Of a DNA stretch of 64,000 bases, positions 12,992 to 26,300 are shown one piece after another. Within the stretch, counting starts at the first letter, position 1. Every line of letters begins with the position of its first letter. The notes beneath the pieces were generated by a model that saw only the letters and a list, made by a program, of their open reading frames with translations, was not told the origin of the DNA and did no database searches. The stretch comes from Piromyces finnis finn (lineage: Eukaryota; Fungi; Neocallimastigomycota). A program made the translations under genes and the position numbers. Where the stretch lies: assembly GCA_002104945.1 (NCBI GenBank), contig MCFH01000078.1, positions 124,001-188,000 on the forward strand, given 5' to 3'.

Positions 12992-15646
12992 ATGTTATGT
13001 TTTATATTGCTATTAATAACTACGCTTTGTCATTCCTTTGTTCATAGCATACCTCTCTTTTGGGTGGGTGGTGTGACATCAAATAATGCAAAAATATGTT
13101 TACAAGTAAAAATACAATCTTTTTTTAATTTAAAATATAATAGAGATATTTTTTTATTTTATTAAAATAACAATATATAATGAAATAATAAATTTCAAAT
13201 AATAATTAAACAATTATTAATGGAATTCACTTTGAATTCTTTAAATTCAAATATATATAATCTTTTATATTTTATTCTTTTTATATTATATATACTCTAT
13301 ATGTCATTTCGTATAACACCGTAATAAAAATAAATATAAATTTTAAAATTTCATTTGGAAAACAAAACAAAAAAAAAAATGAATTTGAATTTCAAACAAC
13401 AACAACAATATATATATATATAATATCTTATTTACATTTTATAAAAATAGACCAGTGAAAGCAACATAAATACAATATTGGTATCTTCTAAAAAAGATTT
13501 ATGGGACGAAAATAATTCTCAAGAAATATTAATTGAACATAATCAATATGGATTTGAATGTACTACTATCTCAAATTTACAACCCAAAACAACCTATTAC
13601 TACGCTTATAAAGATAATAATATAATAAATATAATTGGTAATTTCGAAACTTTCCCAGAAGAAAAACAATTAACTTCTTTTAAATTTGGTTTCGGTAGTT
13701 GCGAAAAATTCCATGAAAAAGGTTATGTTTGGAATGAACTTTCCAATAAGAAAGCAGACTTTTATGTTCATATGGGAGATTTATTTTATTCGTAAATATC
13801 AAAACTATTAAAGAATTAATAATAATAATAATAATATCGTAAAGATATATGGTCATATAGAAAAAAAAATAAATAATGTAATACAGCTCTACTCTTTATT
13901 ACAATGAAAATAATTAATAGTTTAATATTTTAATTTGAAAGAAGAAGAAGAAGAAGAGAGAGAGAGAATAAAAAATATTACTATTTGTTTTTAATATTAA
14001 CAAACTTTTTTTTTTTCTTTCTTTCTTGTAACTAATTCATTAACATTTAAATGTGTAGAGATATCGAGGAAAATGATATTAATTTATATAAAGATTCTCT
14101 TTACAAATTTTTACAAGGAAAATCTCAAAGAAATTATTTAAAAGAACATCCAGTAAGTCCCACCTACCTACAATATATACAATATGCATTGAAAATAAAA
14201 AAAAATAAAGAAGAAAAGAAAAAAAATAAATATAGATTTTTAAATAATAATTTTGATATTTTTATAATATTAATATATATATGAATGAATAGGTAGTATA
14301 TATGTTTGATGACCATGATTTCAGTAAGTTCATATAGTATTATAAAGTTATTACGAGAGTTGTAAAACAATTTTTTTTTCTAATAAAAATGTTTGTATTA
14401 TTAAAATAATAATAATAATAATAATAATAATTAAAAAGGTAATAATAATTCAGGAGGTTGGGTTCGTGCAAGACCAGCAGCCTTAGAATTTTATGATAAA
14501 TTAACACCACATTATGATTTTAAACAAGATAGAGAGGATGGTGTTTATCAAGCATTCACTTATGGTAATGTTCGTTTTATACTTACTGATTTAAGATCAA
14601 AATCGGATAATCAAGGCATTTCCACCCTTGGTAATATTCAAAAGGAATGGCTTAAAAAAGAATTGGCTGATTTTAAAAACTATTCAATGGTAAAAAATAA
14701 ATCATAGAAATATATATAGCTTGTAAAAAATAATAAATAGACAATAGAATTATATAAATTATGATTCTCGTAGTTATTATTTTTCTAATTATGAGAATAA
14801 TAATAATTTAAAAAAAAAAAAAGACTTTATTAAAATATTAAACTTTTAATTGATGATAAAATTATATTATTTTTTTAATATATTATTATTTAATTAGGTT
14901 ATTTGGGTTTCTACAAAGCCTTGGATTGGTAAAAAAAAGGATGGCATAATTGATGATAAATGGTATAGTTTCCCAGAAGAAAGACAAGAAATTTCTAATT
15001 ATATTGCTGAATTAGGTATTAATAATATTGTTATGATTGCTGGTGATGCTCATCTTCTTGCTATTGATGATGGTAGTCATACAGATTATTCAAATAATGG
15101 AGGTAAAGCCGGTTTCCCAATAATGCAATCTTCTCCAATGGCTCAATATGGTTCTTCTAAAGGTATAGTATTAAATAAAAATAAAATAAGAAAGATTTAA
15201 TAAAAATTTTATCCTCCTTGGAATTGATAATATTAAATCTTTTTTTTTTTTATTCATCATAAAAATTTTTAAAAGGTGGACCATTCTCCGAAGGTTGTTA
15301 TTCCTTCAGATATTATAAGAATTATCAATATGCTATGATGTATATTGAAGACACTGAAACTAAAGTTTGTTTCACTTGGAATGGATATATTGCTAAAAAA
15401 TCAGATCCAAAATTCAAATTCAATCGTTGTATCAATAAAACTGATCCAAATTCTTCTTGGGTTATAAAGGGTACTGGTGGTGAAGGTACATGTGAAATTA
15501 AATACATCCCTAATTGGCTTTCAATTATTATCGGTATTGTAGCCTTCCTTTCCTTAGTAATTATTTGTGGTGGTCTTGCCTACCTTTACCTTAGAATAAA
15601 AAATAAGAATGGTTCAAGGGCTTTCAGTATAGAAAAATTAGCTTAA
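12992..15646 (+). CDS. phoD: PhoD-like alkaline phosphatase D / metallophosphoesterase with signal peptide, FN3-like N-domain and C-terminal transmembrane anchor (7 exons)
   Basis: Exons 12992-13105, 13451-13791, 14059-14152, 14293-14323, 14439-14690, 14898-15162 and 15276-15646 join in frame. Motifs FGFGSC, HMGDLFYSD, MFDDHDF, FILTDLRS, TLGNIQKEWLKKEL, MIAGDAH. N-terminus MLCFILLLITTLCHSFVHS is signal-like; WLSIIIGIVAFLSLVIICGGLAYLYL is a TM helix. Confidence 0.88.
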
Positions 15647-16472
15647 ATTAATAGTAAATTTAATCCTATTAATTATAAATCGGTATTCAAACGAAAAATA
15701 TCTATAAATTTTATCCAATTCTCTGTATGCAATTTTTCATAAAAAATTTTGAAAATAATATTTTTTTTTTTTTTTTTGAATTATAGAATGACATAAAGAA
15801 AAATTGCATTGTATATATATCTTTTTATAACTATAATTCATTTATATATTTAAAGGGAAAAAAAATATTTATAAATTAAAAAAAAAAAAAAAGTAACTGA
15901 AATATTATTAAAAGAATAATAGACTAATAGACATAAAAAAAAAAAAAAGAATAAAATAGGATGAGTTTTTCTTTTTATTCAATCCTTATTTAGATATATC
16001 GGCTTCAATAAACAAAATTTAAAAAAAAAAAAAAAAAAAAAAAGATAAAATAAATCTAAATTTTTTTTTAAAAAAAAATAGCACTTTTCTCTTTTCATAG
16101 GCAAATAAACTTTTTTTTTTTATAATATTTTTAATATTTTAAAATTTTTTATTAATTTTTTTTTTATATATATTTTTTGTTGTTATCATCATGTAGACTT
16201 TTTTTTTTGTGTGGTAGAAGTATTATGATTATTATAAATAACGATAATAATTATAATTTTTTTTTTTTTTAATTTCATTCGTTAATGTCGTATTCGCTTT
16301 TAAAGAATTAATTTTTATTATTATTATTATTATTATTAATTTATTATCTTTTGAGAGGTTTTTTCCGTTTTTTTTTTTTGTTTGTTTGTTTGTTTTATTT
16401 TATACTATAACTATTTTTTTTTTTTTTTGTTATTGTTGTTGTTGTTTTTCTTCAATTTTTCACTTTTTCATT

Positions 16473-17796
16473 TTACTTTTTGGAATCAGCATAAAATTTT
16501 AATTCATTCAAATTATCCATAATCTTGTCGAGTCCTTCTTCTTCATATAAATCTTCGGCTTTAAAAAGAGTCTTGATACGAAGATCAACACATCCACTTA
16601 AATAGGCATTAATATTAACAATATGCCAGGCTCTCATTTTACCCTTCTTTGGTGTAATTTGCTTATCGGACCTTATACTGTTAATTAATTCACAAAGAAG
16701 TTGACCATCATGAAGAATGGTGAAAAGACCACCTTCCATATCTTCTTTTTTAGTGGTTTCAAGAATCCATTGCTTCAATTGATTTTCATCTAAATGTTCA
16801 AGTTGACGTCCTCCGGTATGACTATCTTCACGACGTGAACGTAACTTAACACTGGAAAGTCCTCCTTCTGGTAACATGGAAGGTAAACCACGTCCAATCT
16901 TATGAATTCTACTAAGGGTTGAATTAATTTCTTGTTCTTGTTCTTCTTCTTCTTCTTCTTGTTGTTGTTGTTGTGATGGTTGTTGTTCTTCTCCTTCTTC
17001 TCCTTCTTTTGCTGAGACAGGACTCTTTACTACACTTTCCTCTTCTTCTCCATCATCATTAGTGACAGAACTCTTTATTGGACTCTTTGGACTCTCTTCA
17101 CGATTCATCTTTTCAAGTCGTGCCTTTAATTCTGCATTGTTGGAACTAGTACTATCGTTACTTCCCTTTCTTTCCGAACTACGCTTTGGAATTTGTGGCT
17201 TTGGTAAAATAATTGGAGTTTGTGGCTTTGAAGAAGCTGTACTACTTTTTCTTTCGGATTCTACTGGAGAAGTGATAAGTGATGCTTGATTTTCAAGATC
17301 AAGACTTAATGGTTCTTCCATTAAAGTACTAGTAACCTTCTTTAATGTTTTTCTTTCAGTAATTGCTGAACTAAGACGGTTACCACGCTTACGAACACAA
17401 GATTTTGTTGGCTATCCAAAAATAAAATTATATATTCATATTAAAATTAATAATTAAAAATAATTTTTGATAACTATTTATTAAATTATTCAAAGTGCAG
17501 AGATAGAATGTGTAATGCTATTAAAAATAATATAATATATAGGGTTTGCAGCAATGTATGAATATATTATATTTACCAAAACTAAAGGTCTGGAAGAAGT
17601 TCCTGGTAAAAATTCAATAGAACTACTAGTAGATTCATCCTTTGATTCTGACTCATCTTGAGCAACTTCCTTAATTGGGCTTGACTTTTCAAAAGATTGA
17701 TTACTTGGACTATTATCCCCAAAATCGTATTCTTCACTATTAGCACTTTGAATCATTGATTCACAAACTTTTCTTGATGGCTATTATATTCATTGT

Positions 17797-17832
<36 letters not shown>

Positions 17833-20800
17833 GAAGAAAAAATAATAGTATTTTAATATTAATAATTTTATAAAAGTAATTTATTTAAAATATATATATA
17901 CCTTTGGTGGAACAACTGGACCAGGCTTTATATTATTATAAATTTAATATATTTTTATTTGAAAATAAAAAAAATTATAGAAAAGTATTAATATTTCAAT
18001 TTTAAAATATATACATATATATATATACAACAAAAGTTCAGTAATTGACAAATAAAAATTTTACTTTGGTTGGTGATTTGGTTGGTGAACCTGCTCTAAT
18101 TGGTGTTGAAGGTTTAATTGGAGTTGAAGGTTTAGCTGAGACGACAGGTTTTACTGGAGTTGATGGTCTTTCTGTATCAATCTATTTTAAATAAAAAAAA
18201 GGTAAATGAATTTTATCAATAAAAAAGAATTGATTTGATTTCTTCTTTATATATATCCTTATTTATATTTACCGTTAATTGTTTATCTTTTATAATTATT
18301 TATCGATAATATTAAATTAAGATGATTATTTTTTTTTTAAAAAAAAATTATATAAAAAATATATAATTAATGATTATTTAAAATTGAGTTATATTTAAAT
18401 TTAACAATATATATTTATATAATATTATATAATATATATTCTTATATATCTAATATTTAAGTTTTATTAAAAAAAAATAGCATACTCTTTTGTTTTAATT
18501 CACCATTATCCTTCTTTAAATATTCATTGTCGGATTTTAATTTCTCATTTTCAGCCTTTAATGTTTTGATTAAATCTTCGTTGGCCTTATTTTTTGAGAT
18601 TAATTCCTTATTTTCACTACATACTCTATTGTAATCTGTTTTTAAGTCAGAAATAACTTCATTCTTGTCTAAAAATATTTTTAACAAAAAGTTATTATTA
18701 TTAATTATTTATTATTATTATTTTTTAATATATATTTTTTGTTTAGGGTTTAAATAACAGTTATTTATAAAAAAAATAATTATATAATAATAAAATTAAT
18801 CAATTAAAATATATATATTAATGATTTATTTACATTACCTTTTATTTCTTGTTTTAATTCTTCAATTTGCTCTTCCAACTTTTTAATTTCTTTATTATTA
18901 AATGAAAATTTATATAATCAAATTATAGTTTAATATTTTTTTATAATATTCACTTCAAATTAATATTCATTATACTAAAATATATTATAAAATAATAATA
19001 ATAATAATTAAACCTTCTGCTGAAGCTATCATTAATTAAAATGGTATAGATTATAAATTTATATGAATAAAAAAAATGGTTTTTTTAATATTTCAATATA
19101 TTAATAAATCTAATATATTATATATATATTAATATAAATACCACTATTATCATTTTTAGCTGGAATTTGTTCTTGATCATCATCTTCTTCTTCTTCTTCA
19201 ACATGATGATCTAAAAAAATAATTAAATATGATATTTTATTTTTCATTAATATATTATTTTGTCATTTCAATGGTAATGTTAAAATCACTTATAATAGAG
19301 CTTACAATTTCTAGCTGGAATTGGTGGTGGAACATCATCTATTTTATTACATTTAAAAAAAAAAAAGAAATTATAATTTATTATTTTATCCACAAATTAT
19401 AATTAACTATTCCATTTTAAATTTTAAAATAATCAACCTTCATCATCTGGTTCACCTTTTTTTTTTTTTTTTAATTAAAAACATCATTTTTAATTTATTT
19501 AAGAAAATATTAATATATAAATAATGATAATGATAATAATTAGTGATAATATTCATTATATTAATAATTACTTATTCTTGGTGGAAGAGTTGGTGGAGAA
19601 TCATCTTCTGGAATATCAAAGTCATCTAAGTTTTCATCACTCATCCTAACATCAGCTTTTAAAATACATTTTAATATTAATACTTTTTTAAAAAAAATGG
19701 AATATTTTTAAAAAAAATTATACCTCCTCTTGGTGGAATTGGTGGTGGAACGTTATCTAAATTCAATGAATTAAATTTTTATTAATTAATAATTAATTAT
19801 AACAATTATATTCAAATTTTAAAAACACAGTAAAAATTACAAAAATAAAAAAAAATTTTTTTATCAAAATATAATAAATAAATTACCTCCTCTTGGTGGA
19901 AGAACCGGTGGAGCATGATCTTCTGAAATATCATAATCTTCTAAGTCAGTTTGATATCATATGCATCATATACATTTAAACATTAGTAATTTTCTTTAAA
20001 AATGATATATTAATGATTTATATATTGCACCTCCTCTTGGTGGGATTGGTGGTGGAACATTATTATCTGAATTTATTGAATTTAATTTTATACAATTAAT
20101 ATTTTTATATATTGATAAAATATAGTTATTATTTTTTTTTTTTTTTTTTTTTTACTATTATTTATTCAACTATTTATATATATATATATATATATTCACA
20201 TTTTTTTATCTAAATTTTTCATAAATTAAAGAATAAATAAATAGTAATATTTACTTTCTGGAATATCATAATCATCCAAATTTTCATCACTAAGTTTAAC
20301 ATTGCCTTTATATATTTAAAGTATTTTAATATTTATCATTAGAATGATTATCAATACTATTTTTTTATTATTATCTTTTAAAATGGAATAAAATATAAAA
20401 AAAAATAATTATATACCTCTTTTTGGTGGTAATGGTGGTGCATTACTTGAATCTATATTTTTTAAATATTTGTTGATAAACAGTTTTTATATTGGAATAA
20501 TATTATTTATAAAGTATAGCAATTATTATATAATATATTTTTGGAAATTTTAATAAAAATTTTAAATTTCATTTTTAAATTTCATATCAAATATAAATAG
20601 TAATATGGTAAATTGGTTTATTGTTAATTTTAGTGTTTCATATAGTATAAATAATTAAAATAAACAAATTAAATAAAAATAAAGTATTGTTATTGTATAA
20701 TTATTTAAATAATCCATAATAATCCATAATTTGTTAAATTATTGTTGTTGTACATTTGAATAATATGAATAATATTAATTTTTATGTAAAAAGGTGTATA

Positions 20801-21573
20801 ATAACAAATAAATATATTTCAAGTATTATAAATAAATTAGTTCGAAATAGTGTATGTAATAAATTAAATAATTTGTCCATAATTTTTATTGCATGTTTTA
20901 TTAAATTTGTATTGGTAATAAAAATAAAAATAATAATAATAATAAAATAATTTAGAAATTTTTGAAAATAAATTCAGTTTATATCTTTATAAAAATAATA
21001 TATAAAAAAAATATACCATATTGAACACCAGAAATTCTTGATGGAGTTGCTACACTTCCACTAGTTCCTGTTTTACAACAAATTAATTATTCATGTTTTT
21101 ATTTATTATTAATAATTTTGTATATTTGAAACCAATAAAAAAAGTTGAATTTCAAATTGTAAAATTATTATTGAAATTAATAAATATAAGATATCAATAT
21201 TTAATGTAGTGTGATTATTTATAAAATTATTTCAATGAAATAATGTGTCTTCTTAAACATTTATTAAAAATAATATTGTAATTACTTATAGTGGATAATC
21301 TTGAAGTTAATTCTGAAGAAATAGTTTTTGCTAAAGCTTCCTGAATATTTTAAGTTACATATAAAATTTTCATTGTTTTTAGGATTTTTTAATAAAAATA
21401 AATAATATTAAAATAAAAAAGGTTTATTTTTAGATATAGAACAGAAAAAAACATTATATAATGTAATATAGTGGTTTATGAATTTTGAATGATTTTAATA
21501 CATTTAAATTTATTTTTCTTGAAGTTCTTGGTGGTAATTCTGGTGGGGCTGAATCTTGGTTTTCAGATTCCAT
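16473..21573 (-). CDS. Multi-exon (about 20) putative actin-cytoskeleton adaptor: PxxPxR proline-rich repeats, coiled coil, WH2-like segment and C-terminal calponin-homology (CH) domain
   Basis: ATG at 21573 (MESENQDSAPPELPPRTSR) with an in-frame stop just upstream. Many short GT-AG exons between 21573 and 17577. Coiled-coil exon at about 18690-18484 (KENKELISKNKANEDLIKTLKAENEKLKSDNEYLKK-like heptads). Last exon 17411-16473 ends in a CH domain (QLKQWI...LHDGQLLCELINSI...NINAYLSGC...LFKAEDLYE). Some internal exon boundaries are approximate. Confidence 0.72.
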
Positions 21574-22079
21574 GTTTAATTATTGGTCTAAAAATATTAA
21601 TTTTCTATAATACATATAAATATTTTATATAAATAAATGCATATAACATTAATTTCTTTTAGTTTTCCAATTTTGTTTCTATCTTATTAATATTTTGTTT
21701 ATTTGTTTGGTTTTTAATATTATATTTATGATACTTTTTTTTTTCTTTAATATAATAAATTAATGTAAATTACAAAATAGAAAACCTGTTTCTTTTATTA
21801 TAACTTTTAATTGTATTGTTCATTCAATTTTTAAACTTACATAGATTAAATCTTTTTAACTAATAATTATTTTCCTATTGTTTTTTTTTTTTCTGAAAAA
21901 AAAATATAATAGTTTACTTTTTATAACCTTTGATTTTTTTAAAATTTTATTTATAATTTATTAAAAATTTAATTTAATATAATAAAAAAATTTAAAATTA
22001 ATTATTAATAAATAAGTAAATGAATAAATAAATAAATAATAAACTATAATTAATAATAAATTTTAAATTATATTTCATA

Positions 22080-22144
22080 ATCATTTATTTAATTATTTAT
22101 TTATTTACTTATTTACTTATTTATTTATTTATTTATTTATTTAC

Positions 22145-22203
<59 letters not shown>

Positions 22204-22260
22204 CTTATTTACTTATTTATTTACTTACTTATTTATTTATTTACTTATTTATTTATTTAA
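22080..22260. repeat. (TTTA)n/(TTAC) tetranucleotide microsatellite
   Basis: Direct reading. Confidence 0.9.
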
Positions 22261-23316
22261 AATAGATTAAATAATATATTTTTTAATTATATAAAAAATT
22301 GATCATCCATAAAAACTAAAAAGATCAAAGAAATACTTTATTTAAAAAAAGATATATATTCATATAACCCATATAATGAAATTTGGAAAGAAGAACTATC
22401 TCTATCTTAATAAGAAAGTATATTTATTATACTTGTTAATTTAGTATACTTATAAAAAATTGGTTTCCTATACATAAAAGAAAACATTGATGCAAAATTT
22501 TATTTTAACCATCAGTATTATTATAGAAATAATATTTATTAAAATAGTATAAACTTTTTTTCTTAATTTACTTTTAAATAATGGAAATAATAAATACAAA
22601 ATAATAAAATTAAAAATTTGTGCTTCTTTATACTTTATTTCTTTTTCTTTTTATTATATTTTAGTTTCTTTTATCGTTTCTTTATATGTAAATGCAAAGT
22701 AATTTTTTTTTCACTTTTTTAATTTTAAATTAATTTTGAAAAATATTGAAATAATTCAATTATTAATATAATAAATTTATCCAATCACATTTTAATCAAT
22801 TTTATATATTATTTTATAATAATAAGCACTTTTAGCAACTTGGAATAAAAAAGAAAATAAAGCAAAGAGAAAGAAAAAGTGTTATTTAAAGGAAAGAATC
22901 ATAGTAAAAAAAAAAAGTACAAATAAAAGAGAATATAATAAATATAATTGATTAATATTCATTGTATAATAATTTTTAAGTAAAAATGTTTCAAGAACAA
23001 TCATATATACTTCAAGGGATTGAAGTAACCGAAAACACCCCATATACAAATTTAAATAATTTAATAAATAATGGAGATTTATTAAGTCAAACACAACAAT
23101 TAAACCTTATAAAACTTATGGGTATGTATGCATATATTAATAATAATAATTTGATTAATTAATTTTAAATTTTTTTTTTTTTTTATTATTGATTTCTAAA
23201 TACTGATTTAATATTAATTTGAAATTTTGAAATTTCAAATTTTAATTTTTATCTAAATTTTAAAAATTAAATTCAAATTTCATCTTCAATCAATTTTATA
23301 TATATATTATATATAT

Positions 23317-26300
23317 ATGCATAAACGTTTGATACGGCTACTAGTTCGAGAAATCAGTAAAACAAAAGAAATTACCCCAGAATTCGTAGAAATTATTAAA
23401 AAACATGGAGAATTCACATTTAATGTTTTATTATTAGATGTTGAAGGAAAAAATGCTAAATCTTTAATTCAATTAATAAATGTTTGTCATTCAAAATTAA
23501 ATAACACAGAATATAGTAACGATTTAAAGCAAATATGTTCAAAAATTTATGAAAATTTAATTGAAAAGCATCATACTTTTATGAATCAAATTTGTAATTC
23601 TAAAGATAATGTATCTGAAAATGAAACAGAAGATAATATTAATTATATTATTCAAACAATTTATAAAATTAATGAATTTGAACTTGGAAGCAAAATCATT
23701 ACTCAAAATTTAAAAAATATATTTAAACTTTTCATTAAAATTTTCGAATATCTTCAACAATATTTATTCATTGATGAAACAAATATTACTTCCGAAAAAA
23801 TTCTTATTCTTCAACTTTCAAAAAGCATGACCATCTTAGAAAATACCTTAAAAACTCTTGTTGTCCTTTTCACTAAAAATCAAAAAATCATTAAAAAGGA
23901 AGCAGATGCTGTATTAAATAACACACAATATACTTCAGACATAAGTGTTATTGATAAGGAAACTTACCAACAATTATTAAAATATATGATTATGGCTGCT
24001 TATTCAAAAATTAGTGTTAATAATTGTAAATATTTATCAACCATGTGTTCAGTAATATTATTAGATTATATTAGCAATCCAAAACATTCAAGCTATTATA
24101 TTTTAAAATTATTATATCCAAAACTCTTAATGGAAAATAATGAATACGTATTAGAATCAATGGAAGAAATTTACAATGAATTAAATACTAGTAATGCCTT
24201 AAAGTATGTTGAAATTAATGAAAAGGATACTAATAACTTGAATTTCACAAATATATCTATGATTCGTGCTTTAATTTCAAATGCCAGAATCGAAACCCTT
24301 TTAACACCAATAAAATCTAGTGATGAAAATGACAAGCATACTCTCTTTTCTTATTGTTTAGATGAAACTAACTATTATTGTGAAAAGTCAATAGAAGCTT
24401 CAATGAAAATTGTTGCTTTTGAATCTATGAAAAAATGGATTGAAAAAACAATGGAATGCTATAAAATGGAGCAAATTACCAATAGCAGTAACATTAATCA
24501 ATATACTTCAAAATATATGTGCAATAAATTTATGCAATTCATATTAAATAATTGGAGTGATCCAGTTGACACAATTCAACAAAAAGTTGAAAATATCTTG
24601 GAAGTATTATTAAACTTAATTTCATTAAAATCAGAATGCAATGGTAACTCGGAATTCTATAATGAAATGATTTATAATATATATGATAAATTATTTAAAC
24701 TTGATTATTACAATAAAACTCGTTATGGTCTTTTATCTATTGTTGTTCCATTCACTGGTGTTGATCAATGTCTTTCTATTCAACCTGATATTATTTCACT
24801 TAGCATTCAAGTCTTAAGGTAATAGATAATAAATAAATAAATGAGTAACACCTTTAGCACTTAATACAATAAAATATTTATTTTAATAAATTCATTAAAA
24901 TAAATTATTTAGTATGATAAAATATTTTTTTAACATACTATTTTTTATGATATATATTTTATAGAATGGATACTATGGCTAGAATTGTCACTAATTTCAT
25001 TGGTGTTTTTTACGGTTTACAAATTAAGGATAAGAGTAATGAAGAAAAAAAGAAGGTAATTTTAAAAATAATTTAGTTGATAATATTATCAATTTTAATT
25101 TGTTTTCATAACTCAATAATAATAATAATCCATAATCAATAATCAATAATTTTTAATTATTTATATAAAAATAGATTTTTGATGCTTATTATTATAAACC
25201 TTTATGTGATGCTTTAACTAGTTCAGATCGACTTTTAAGAAAAAATGCTAATATTTATTTACTCACTTCTTTATTAAAATGTAATAAAGATGTTTTCGGT
25301 CAAACTATTGATAAATTAAAATCAGATGAATATAACAAAAATGAAAATTACCTTAGTGCAATTTTAGCTACAATAAAAATTGCAAACCATGTTATAGGAA
25401 ATAAGAATAAATCTGAAGAAGTTGAAGATGAAAAAAAATTATTTGGAGGAATTGATAAAGAATTATTATTACAATGTTTCAGTATGAATTCCTTAAACAT
25501 CCGTATTGATGCTTTCGGTTTAATTTGTGAAAATGCTAAAGAATTCGAATTCCCAACTAAAATTGAAATGGAATTATTCAGAGAATTCCTTCCATTAAAT
25601 ATGCATTGTGCCATTCCAGAATTCCGCCAAAAAATTGAATCTTACGCTAATAAATTCTTAAGTAGATTAAGAAATGGTATTCTTACCTCCTGGAAGGATA
25701 TTAAAAAAATCGAAAAGAAAAAAAGAGTTACAGACGATTTATTAGCAAAGAAAAATAAGTTAATGGAACGTATCGATGAAGCTGAACAATGGTTAAATGA
25801 ATTATTAGAATTCAGTATTCAATCTATTTATCCAGATGCCTCATATCAACGTGGTAGTATTGGTCTTCATTTAATAGAAATTCTTATTAATGTCTTTGGT
25901 ATTACTGAAATTAGTTTACCATCTGGATTTGATATTAGAAAATCAGCACTCACCAAAGAAATTTTCCCATTCAAATTACCAATTATTACTGAAAGAAATG
26001 TTTATTCTTTAATTGCTGCTATCAATATTCCATATGATACCACTAGACAATCCATTTTCAATATTTTCAATAAAACTGAACCAAATCAACCTTTACCAGG
26101 TATCGAATCAATAGAAAAGGTTGAAGAACTTATCTCTAATGTTTTATCAAAATTAAATTCACCAAGAGCTCAAGAAAATGATGGTGCTGCTTTATTAGGA
26201 AAAATATTGACTAAAAAATATATTAATCAATTAAATTGGGACGTTAAACTTATTTCAAACGATGAGATTTCTATTAATCAAAATGTTAAGGGAAAAGCCG

